From: Felis catus
Taxonomy: Eukaryota
Direction: 5' to 3'
Assembly (NCBI RefSeq): GCF_018350175.1
Contig: NC_058368.1
Span: 114,826,001 to 114,890,000, forward strand
Length of the DNA: 64,000 nucleotides
Part shown: in pieces, positions 38,191 to 47,527 of the stretch
How the letters are laid out: each line of letters begins with the position of its first letter
Position numbering within the stretch: position 1 is the stretch's first letter
The notes under the pieces: generated by a model
Told to the model about the DNA's origin: nothing
The model's input: the letters and a program-made list of their open reading frames with translations, nothing else
Database searches by the model: none
Program-made: the position numbers and the translations under genes

Positions 38191-39044
38191 AAAACAATGA
38201 AAAGAATCAGCAAGGCTTTATGGAATATTCTAAAAAGTTACACAAAATAATGTCAACATGTCAATAAAGATGAACTATCAGAGATCATTTTGGAGACTCT
38301 GTTCCAAAAAGAATAAAATATTTTAAAAATGGCTGAAAAGATCCCAATCACAGTGTAAGTGATCTAAAAAATCCAGCATACAGACACTAAATAAAATATT
38401 TAATTTAAAAAAAAAAAAGAAAAAGAAGGAGGCAAGATGAAGAGTTAGGGAAAAGAGATTTCCAAGTAGAGGGCGCAGGAAATTGACAAGATCATGATGT
38501 AGGAAAGGAAAAGGAGGGCTCTGGGGCTGCAGAAGGGAACTCGGTCTCCCGTTCTAGCTCTTCTTTCTCTTAAAAGTTGATCTTGGGCCTCCATCTTTTC
38601 TTTCTGCACGTTCTCCAGGTGCAGATGAGTCCCATACCTCTATCTCCACTCGGCCTTTCCTGAGTTCAGATTTGGATATACTGCTGTCTACAGGATATCT
38701 CTTCTTAGATGTCTGGTAGGTACTAAAACTAAGCATGACAGAAAACAGCTCTTTGTCTGCATTGTTTTCCACGCTATCTGTACCTCCTTTACCTCCAGAG
38801 CTCTCCATCTGGGTCAGTGGCACCATAATTTCTTCAGCTGATCAAGTTAGAAAGCTCCATATCCAATCTACTCGCAACACTGAGGATCTTCTGTCCTTTT
38901 GCATAGGTCCCAAATCTATCCACTTTTTTCCATGCACTACCCTTATATACTATTCTATATACAGAAAACCTAAAAGTGCTCTTAGCTCCTCTCCCAGCAT
39001 GTAATCACAAAACTTTGCTGTGTATTGTTACACACTTGTAACCA

Positions 39045-39790
39045 TTCATTCAACTGAGAACCTCTTATCCGCCAGGCACAGTTTTAGGTGCTGGAACCAC
39101 AACAATGAACAGAAAAATTTACCTGCTTTAACAACACTTACATTCTAATGGAGAAGACAGATAGTAAATAAGTACTCATATAATGTATTAGGTGGTGACT
39201 AGTGCTATGAAGTACAGTAGGATAAAGAAATAAAATGGAAGCACACATGGCTGGTTCAGTGGTGGGGTGTCCAAATCTCAATTTTAGCTCAGGTCATGAT
39301 CCCAGGGTCATGGAACTGAGCCCTCATCTGGCTCCACACTGATCAAGGAGCCTGCTTAAGATTCTCTCTTTTTCTCCCTTTGCCTCTCTCCCCCACTCAT
39401 GTGCTCTCTCTCTCTCTCTCAAAAAAAATACATTAAAATTTAAAATATCTTTAAAAAATACAAAATATAATGGAGAGGGTAGGGGAGGGAAGTGGGTGCT
39501 AGTGGTATTTTATGAAGGGCAGTTAGGGAATGCCGCTTGAACAAGGAGACCTTTGAGATCTGAATGAAGCCATGGGGTGAGATAAAATGCTATGGGGGGA
39601 AGACCATTCCAAGCATAAGGAACTGGAAACGCAAAGGCCATGAGGCAGGAAAGTGCTTGATGTGTTATGGAAAAGTACAGGGCAGTAGGGAAAGATGTAG
39701 GGGAAAAGCCAAAGATGGGCCTGAGGTTGCTAGGCAAGATCTTGTAGATTTTATTCTGAGTGAGATAGGACAAACTGGAGGGTTCTGAAC
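39045..39790 (-). mobile_element. L2 fossil with a CAN-SINE (39239-39440 +)
   Basis: CATTCATTCAAC..CCAGGCACAGTTTTAGGTGCTGG; TTTGAGATCTGAATGA; TTTTATTCTGAGTGAGATAGG. Confidence 0.75.
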
Positions 39791-40911
39791 AGATGATATG
39801 TTTTAAATGGCTTAGCAGCTATGAGAAAAGAGTATTAAAATGGATATGTATGTTGTTCAAACATAAATAGGGTATTATGTGCACTGCTTTACAATCTGCT
39901 TTCTTCCAAAGCAAAATTTTTAAAAACAAAATAAGATCATATTATCTCTTTGTGTAAAATCCTTTGTAGTGTCCCCTTCCCCTCGTAGTAAAGTGTGAAG
40001 CCTTAAAAAGCCCTCTCCAGTCTGGCCTCTGCTTACCTCACCAGCTCCTAAATCAGAGAACTTCTTTTCCTGTAATGGGACTCAGGACCTTCAAAGTTCC
40101 TTGTCCCTTGGTCTAGAATCAAACTCTTTCCTTCCCTCCCTATCCATTTTGTCATTGTCTTTTTTTAAGGTCCCACTTTTCATTCTTTCATTCATTCAAC
40201 AAATATTTATTGAGGGATCTGCTATGTACCAGGCACTATTCTAGGCATCAAAGATATAGCACTGAATAAAATAGACAACAATTCTCACCCTCATGAGGCT
40301 TAAATTCTGGTGGAAAACAGGAGAAAACAATAAGTTAAAAAATAAATATATAAATATAAATATATGTATGACTTTATATGTCAGATGGTGATATACTCTA
40401 AGGAGAAATAAAAAGCAAGGAAAGAGGGATGGGGATGTTGGAGGAAATAGTTGCAATTTTAAATAGGGTGGCCAAGAGGCCTCCCTCAAAAAGTGACAGC
40501 TGAGCCTAGACCTGGGGGAGGTGAGAGAGTGTGAGTCAGGCAGTTATTTGAAGGAGAGCATTCCAGGCAGAAAGCAAAGGCCCTAAGGGGAGAGCCTGCC
40601 TGATGGGTTCCAGGAATAGTAAAGAGGCCAGTGTGTCAGAGAAATGTGTAGGAGCAGGTAAGGTCTGCAGGCCCTTATAAGGACCTTGCCTTTTCCTCTG
40701 GGTGGGATAGGAGCCATTGGAGGATTCTGGGCAGAGTAGGAGTGACATGTATGGACTTATATTTTAACAGAATCACTCCAGCTGCTGAAATAAGAGTAGA
40801 CTGTGGGAGGCAAGGGCGAAAGTAAGGAGACCAGTCAGGAGGTTTCTGTGAAATTTAAGTAAGTGATAATGATGGTTTGATTCAGGATGTTAACAGTGGA
40901 AATGGTATAAA

Positions 40912-40913
<2 letters not shown>

Positions 40914-40959
<46 letters not shown>
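40914..40959. repeat. (CA)n microsatellite
   Basis: Directly visible. Confidence 0.97.
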
Positions 40960-40961
<2 letters not shown>

Positions 40962-41370
40962 CATTTTGAAGGTAGAGGCACAGGATTGGTTGAGTAATCA
41001 GATATAAAATGTGTGAGGAAAAGAACATGGTCAAGGATGATTCCAAGGTTTTTGGCCTAAACAACTAGAAGAATGGAGTTGCCATTTAATGAAAGGAATA
41101 AAACTGTGGGATCAGCAGGTTTGGACAGTTGTCAGGAAATCAGTTTTAGACATATAGACATATAAAGTGAAATGTCTAGATGCCTACTAGGTATCCAAAT
41201 GGAGGTATCAAGTAGGGAAATGAATATGGGAGTTAGAATTCAAGGGAAAGGTTCAGGTTGCATCATAAACCTGGAATTGTCAGCATATTTAATGCCAAAA
41301 GATTGGATGAGGTCGCCAATGGGTTTATGGCAGACAAAAGGGTCTAAGGATGGATCCTGGGACACTGTAA

Positions 41371-41831
41371 CATCAGTTCTTAAACTTTTTGATCTCAAGA
41401 ATCTTCTACACTCTTAAAACTTTTTGAGGATCTCAAAGAGCTTTTGTTTATGTGAGTTTTGTCTGTCAATGTTTACTGTATTATTACATTATCATCAATA
41501 ACATCTTTTAAAGCAAAATGACAATGTTGTCGAAAACAAAAGGAAATTTAGGGAGAAGTGTCATTATTATTTGCATTTTTGCAAATCTCTTTAACTGTCT
41601 GGTTTAATAAAAGGTAACTGGATTCTCCATCTGCTTCTGCATTCTGTGTGATGCCATATGATACATCATGTCGTCTGGAACACTATAGTGTACACCATGA
41701 AAGACTGGGAGTGAAAAAGGCAAATGATATTCTAATATTATTATGAAAATAGTTTTCACCTTACTACCCGCCCCCCCTCCCCCCAAAAAAAGGGACTCAG
41801 GAGTCCTTGGAGTGCACTTTGAGAACTGCTG
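41371..41831 (+). mobile_element. hAT-Charlie DNA transposon fossil (Charlie4a-like) inside L2
   Basis: Inverted termini CATCAGTTCTTAAA ... TTTGAGAACTGCTG; internal CAAAGAGCTTTTGTTTATGTG and TTATTATGAAAATAGTTTT. Confidence 0.7.
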
Positions 41832-42504
41832 CTCTAACATTTAAAGGTTGGGAGGATTTAGAAGGAATCTCCAAAGGAGAATAAGAAGTTGCAGCTAGGG
41901 ATGCTGAAGAAACTCAGAAGAACCTAGTGTCCTGGAGGCCCAATGAAGATCGTGTGTCAAGAAGGAGAGTGATCAAGCACTGATGATGGTAAAGGTCAAC
42001 TGTGCACGAGACTGACCACTGGATTTGGCATCATGGAGGTTATCAGAGACCTTGATAGACCTTGGTAGAGAGGTGAGTGCTAAAGTATGACCGGCGTGGG
42101 TCATAACATAAAGGTCACTTCCTCAGGTCGCTGAACCCAGCCTAGGTTAATTTCCCCCTCATATCTACTTCTATCTCTCTTCTATCTTCACACTTGACTT
42201 CCTTTTTATAGTTTTACCTGTTTTAATAGCTGTCTCTTCCATTATATTTTAAGTTGTGTGAGAAGAGCATCAGGGTAGTTTTATTCTCTATCGTGTCATG
42301 GCTCCCCCACCACCTGGCACAAAGGAAGTGCCTGGGACACGGTGAAAGCTCAAGTCTTCCTGGTAAGCTTTTCAAGGTTTCTCAGAGGTAGAAAGCTGAC
42401 TCCCCTAGCTTACAGGGCATACTGCAAGTCCCTTAGCATATCCTTTTTGTCACCTGACCCTTCTCTTCTCAAAACAACCCTTGCGCTTTCATCTTTAAGG
42501 CCTT

Positions 42505-42840
42505 TGCACTGCTATAACAAAATACCACAGACTGAGAAATTTCTTTCTCATAGTTCTGGGGACGGAAAGTCCAAGATCAAGGTATCAGCATGGTAACATT
42601 CTGGTGAGAGTTCTCTTCCTCTCTTTGTGGTTCATAGAGCCTTCTTGCTGTGTCCTCACATGGCAGAAGGGGCAAGGGATGTCTCTGGGGCCTCTTTTAT
42701 AAGGGCACTAATCCCATTCCAGAGGGCTCCACCCTTATGACCTAGTCACCTCCCCAAAGTCCCTCTCCTAATACCATGAGTTTTGGCACTAGGTTTTCAA
42801 AATATGAACTTTTGGGGACATAAATATTAAACCTATAGTA
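42505..42840 (-). mobile_element. MaLR solo LTR (MLT1A-like)
   Basis: CTGCTATAACAAAATACCACAGACTG, AAGTCCAAGATCAAGGT, GTGTCCTCACATGGCAGAAGGGGCAAGG, TTTTATAAGGGCACTAATCCCATT. Confidence 0.88.
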
Positions 42841-42925
42841 GGGCCTTATGCTTAGAATGGCTTCATGAATACTCTGCTGTCTTGAAATTGTTAATAATTT
42901 TTGAACAAGGGGCCTCACAAGTTAA
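42841..42925. mobile_element. MER45-like hAT-Tip100 fragment
   Basis: CTCTGCTGTCTTGAAATTGTTAATAATTTTTGAACAAGGGGCC. Confidence 0.55.
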
Positions 42926-43959
42926 GTAGCTGCTCCTGAGTGAAGTGATGGATATACAAAGGTATGGAGTATAATCCCTTAACTGTCTCTTGTTGGTTCA
43001 AACAGATATTTCTTGATTGATTACTATGTTCTGAGGTAGCCAAGTGTGGTAGTGGGGGGAAGCCATGGCATTCCAGGCAAGGGAGACTACAGGAGCAAAG
43101 ACTCTGAAGACAGAAAGAGAATGGGGTATATTGGGGCAAGAATGGCTTGTTAAGGTCTCTCTTTCTCTTTGAAGTTTGTTCTCTCCCTTCATGGTCCTCT
43201 ATTGTGCCTTGGCCACATCTCTTACCTAGCAGAAACCCAGAGTGCTTTGAATTACCGTGGGCACATTCACCTGTAGATGTTAACTTGGCACTATCTAGGG
43301 GATGAGCATTGAGCTGGGGTGTTGGAGGAAATACAGGTTTTGTTTTCCAGGAGTTTGTATTCCCTGGGGGAGAAGGAGATGTGAGTAGTAAAGGGTAAAC
43401 ATGTTGTGGGCAGTCTCCCTAGTACCCTACTCAGTGCTCAGCACCAAGATTGCAGTGGGTATTTTGGATTTCTAGGCCAATACTGAAATCTACCTTGTTC
43501 ATCACCCCAGGATGAAGGAGTTGAAACCTTTAGGTTTTTTTTTTTTTTTAAATCAGGCTGACAGTGAATATGTAATTGTTTTGTTTGTTTTTTGTTTTGT
43601 TTGTTTTGAAGTTATTTTAGAGCATTCACCAGGAAGATAAGGAAGGGTGGGGATAAACATTCCCTAAATGGCTTGAGGGGTAGGGATAAAAGCCAGGTCC
43701 ATCAAGTGTGTGTCTGTGTGTGCAGGGGGCGATCACAAGAGGGGTTCCTGCTGTGACATGTTCCTTGTCCTTCAACCGGAGGGATCTTGGCTTCCGGATC
43801 TGTCAAGTGAGGGGATGAGTTAGGTGATTTCAAGGAGGCCTTCCACCTCACATTATAAGGTCCCTGGAGTCGGATTCTAGTTCCACTCCGCCTCAAGCTG
43901 TGAGGCCAGTTTCCTTCCGTAAAATCAGTGAGTGGGCCTAGACTACTTTTCTGGAAGAC

Positions 43960-45160
43960 TGTTAGTCGGGAGCACCTGTGGCACTCCTCAGAGGAGCGTC
44001 CACAGGACTGCGTCGCCGCGCCCAGTCCCTGAGCCACCGGCTGGGGGGTGGGGCCAGCGCGGGCAGCGCCGGGAGACTCACCTGTGCGCCGAGCGGTGAC
44101 TCACCTGCCCTCCCCCGCTCGCGGGCTGTTCCAGGAGTCACCGCTCCTCCTACTTACTTCTCGGAGCGGGGATGGGTGTCACTCCCGGCCCGAAAGCCCA
44201 CTGGGGCCTTGGGATGAAGTAACTCAGGGGTAAAGGGCGGAGAGCAAGAGGTCCTCCTGGGGGTCCCGCCTCGGCGTCGCCAACGTCTCTCCGTCGGGAC
44301 CTCACCCCCAAAGCGAGGGCCTGGAAAGCGGGGCGACGGCGGGAGGCGCCGGGAAGAGCGCGCCGGAGGGAGGTGCCGGGAAGGGCGGGCGGGGCCGGGG
44401 CCGCGGGCGGGGGGCGGGGGCGCCGCGCTGCCCTTTTCCTCTTCGGAGCCGGACTGGAGGGAGACAAAGCGGCGGCCGTCGGCTTCGGGCCTCGGGAATT
44501 CTTCCTGCGCTCGCCCACTCGCCGCAGGTAACTCTTCAGGCGGACGCGGGCTCCGCACCCGGGCTGAGGGGCTCCTCTTGTGGGCGGGCCGGCCACGGTC
44601 TTCTCCGCGACGCTGCCCTGAATCGGGCTTCTGAAGGGCTGCGGTGCGGCGCCCGACCGGTTTCTCTTGCGGGGCCCCCGGCCTGCGCCCTGGAGGGGCG
44701 AGCGGGCGGGGCCGCCTCTTCCTGGCGCTGGGGAAGTTGAGGGGCCGCAGTGGCTGGAGCGGAGCGAGCTGCAGCCCCCGCGCGGACGCGCCGTTTCCTC
44801 CCGGGAAAGTTTCTCCCGGTTTCTAAACTTTGTCGCGGCCGACTCGGCGCGCGCGCCCGACCCCCTCGGCCGCCTTCCTTGTGGAGCGGAGGCTGCGCGC
44901 TGTTTCCGGTACGGGAGTGGCGGAGAGTTGAGCTTTCCTGTGAAGTGATTGTGGTTTGTGGTTTCCGTGGTCGCACCCTCCTCCCCCGCCTCCGAAACTT
45001 GGCTGGCGGGTGGACGTGAGGATTGCGGAGCCCGAGCTCCCGCACGCGCGGCCGGGGCGAATGTGAGAGTGCAGTGCTGTCTTTCTCGGACTGGGTCTGG
45101 CTGGGAAGGTGCGCCACACCCGAGTGGACTTTTGGCGTGTACCAAGTTAACCTTTGTTGT
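43960..45160 (+). promoter_or_regulatory. CpG-island promoter of an unidentified + strand gene, possibly bidirectional
   Basis: Only extended CpG-dense, GC-rich block in the window; clustered GC boxes (GGGCGG) at 44383-44420; ETS-like TTTCCGG near 44903; no TATA box seen. Confidence 0.93.
44433..44527 (+). other. Probable non-coding first exon (start approximate)
   Basis: Pyrimidine initiator CCCTTTTCCTCTTC just after the GC boxes; donor CGCAG|GTAACT at 44527/44528; no ATG. Confidence 0.6.
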
Positions 45161-45436
45161 GCAATTACTCAGTCTATTCGTGCTGGTTAATAGGACGTAC
45201 TTCCCTCTGGTTAGTTCTGGTATTCACGGGTGGCGTTGGAGTCTTTCTTGTGGACTTTTAAAGGAGTGTGCGTGTGTGAAGCACTTGTTGGAACAAATGT
45301 GGACCGAATGCCTGACCCTGGCTTGGCAGGAATGGCTTCCCAACAATGCAGGCGGCAGTTGGCTCAAACCAGGATTGGCAGACACCCTCATGTCCTCCTG
45401 CCTCTCTAACATTTTTTTGGTGTTTGTTTTGTACAG

Positions 45437-45469
45437 AATCTACAGTTTAGAAGATTATGTTAAGATATG
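45437..45469 (+). other. Candidate 33-nt micro-exon (5' UTR or start-codon exon)
   Basis: Branch point CTCTAAC at 45404-45410, T-rich tract, TACAG acceptor, consensus donor ATG|GTAAGT. Confidence 0.65.
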
Positions 45470-46714
45470 GTAAGTCTCCAAATAAACTTAGGGCATATCG
45501 TATATATGTTGAAGGAAACGGTTACATCATTGTATTGTTGCCACAGGATAAGCATTTCCATGAGAGGATATTTTTTTTTTTTTTGGCACTGACTTTTTAA
45601 AGGACACTACAGATATATGTTACTTTAAGAAAATGTAAGTTAAATTACTGTTGTTAATTAAATAAATTAAAATAATTTATACAAATTTAATTGTTACTTT
45701 GTTTCATAAGATGTTAAAAGTGGAGAAATTACCGATAGCCTCTCGCCAGTTATTTATCCTTCTTAACTTTTAAAAAATAACTGTTTTATCCACTTTTCTT
45801 TCAGACCCACAGATGATTTAAGATGTCGTCTGTGCCCCCCCAAGAGCTGACGGTGTAATGTAGGGAAGGTATATAGCCTAGATGTAGTGTAGGGCAGACC
45901 CTAACAGTACTTGTGGATGGGTCAAATTTTATACACTACTAACGATAAAAGAAACTTGCGGACGCATGGAGAGGGGGCTAATAAGTTTTGTTTGGAGAAG
46001 TCCAGAAAGGCTTCTGGAAGAGAATGGCATTTGAACTGGATGAAACATAAGTAGGGTTTTGTCAGTGGAGGAAACATAAAAGAGAAGAGGAGTTTGTGGA
46101 ATTGTGACATAACTCTTCTGGTTTTCCTGAAATTTTTGGCTCTTTTCAGTTGTGTGTTTTTTTTTTTTTTTTCAGTCTACTCATGCCCGAGATTCTATCA
46201 AACATGTCTCAGTTTTTCACACCATTGACGTGGCATCACCTTCATTCCCATCATCAACATTTCATTCCAGACAGTGATTGAGAGATCAGGGGTGCCTTTT
46301 CCACGGTGAGAATCTCTTCTCACAGTCTCCCTGTCTTCAAACTTAGATACTAAAGTCCAAGCTTCTCTTCTTATCGTGGATGTCTCACCTGACCTACATG
46401 GTCACCTGTACACCAGAGAGCTGAGTGTCCTAGGGGCTTCTCAGCCTCAGCATGCCCAGAATGAGACACTTTTCTGGAAACCTAAACCACATGTGGAGAT
46501 CAACAGTAACTGGTAGGGTCCTGGAATTTTTTTTGAGAAAGTAATAGCCTGAGACATGACGGACAGACTGGTTGTTGCGGGTGGTGGTGTGTAGTGCTGG
46601 TGAAGATCTGGACAAGGGAACACGGTCCTCTGCTTGTGTTGAAGGTCCTGAGATAGGAATGAACTTCATGTGGCTTGAGACCTAAGAGAAGACCTGTATA
46701 TCTTGAAAACTTTT

Positions 46715-46937
46715 GGGGCGCCTGGGTGGCGCAGTCGGTTAAGTGTCCGACTTCAGCCAGGTCACAATCTCGCGGTCCGTGAGTTCAAGCCCCGCGTCGG
46801 GCTCTGGGCTGATGGCTCAGAGCCTGGAGCCTGTTTCGGATTCTGTGTCTCCCTCTCTCTCTGCCCCTCCCCCGTTCATGCTCTGTCTCTCTCTGTCCCA
46901 AAAATAAAAACGTTAAAAAAAAAAAAAAAAAAAAAAA
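46715..46937 (+). mobile_element. Young felid-type CAN-SINE
   Basis: Near-consensus body, pure A tail, TSD GAAAACTTTT. Confidence 0.96.
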
Positions 46938-47055
46938 GAAAACTTTTGGGGTGGGGAGAAGGCCTCACATGAGATTGCAGAATGCCAGGTCACATGTTTG
47001 AATTTTATGCTAAGAGCTGTAAGCAGCTATTGTGGGGAGTTTTATGATCTGGTTT

Positions 47056-47527
47056 TTTTGTTTTTTTGTTTTTTTTTTAAAGTTTATTCATTTATTTACT
47101 TAAAAATTTTTTTTAATGTTTATTTTTGAGGGAGAGGCAGAGTACGAGTAGAGAGGGGCTGAGCGAGAGGGAGACAGAGAATCCAAAGCAAGCTCTAGGC
47201 TCTGTCCGTGATGTCAGCCTGGAGCCCTGTAAGCATGGAGCCTGACGCGGGGCTTAAACTCATGAACTGTGAGATCATGATCTGAGCCAAAGTAGGACGC
47301 CCAACCGACTGAGCCACCCAAGCGCCCCGAGGTTCACTTATTTATTTTTGAGAGAGGGAGAGAGAGGGAAGTGTGAGTGGGGGAGGGGCAGAGAGCGGGA
47401 AGGAGAGAGAATCCCAAGCAGGCTCCACACTGTCAGTGCGGAGCCCAGCATAGGCCGAAGCCATGAGTGGCGAGATTGTGACCCGAGCAGAAGTCCAAGG
47501 CTCAACCCACTGAGCCACCCAGGCGCC
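47056..47527 (-). mobile_element. Two tandem minus-strand CAN-SINEs
   Basis: Reverse heads ending at about 47328 and 47527. Confidence 0.9.

Larger units (their letters stand above)
36851..38300. repeat. Long inverted repeat: arms 36851-37202 and 37948-38300, spacer about 745 bp
   Basis: 36851-36960 is the exact reverse complement of 38191-38300 (110/110, checked by eye); the adjoining SINE bodies differ at 4 positions. Confidence 0.95.
40178..42100 (-). mobile_element. Long L2a-like fossil
   Basis: TTCATTCATTCAACAAATATTTATTGAG end; GGAGCCATTGGAGGATTCTG; GGTCAAGGATGATTCCAAGGTTTTTGGCCT; ACCACTGGATTTGGCA. Confidence 0.85.

Noticed and set aside
36851..38300. Reading the inverted arms as terminal inverted repeats of a DNA transposon
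   Set aside because: No TSD outside the arms (flanks ...ATGTAG and GTTCCA...), no transposase, and the right arm lies inside an interrupted L2/L1 that continues across it.
44150..45145. 331-aa minus-strand ORF and overlapping ORFs
   Set aside because: Pro/Arg/Ala/Gly-rich, open in several frames on both strands, no recognisable domain; expected from stop-codon scarcity in a CpG island.
44433..45469. Identity of the gene at the CpG island
   Set aside because: No coding sequence in the window and I do not truly recognise the UTR exons; a BLAST of the exons would settle it.
45805..45868. Possible exon TTTCAG|...GGAAG|GTATAT
   Set aside because: Weak donor, and it overlaps a degenerate L2-like stretch; not supportable without RNA data.
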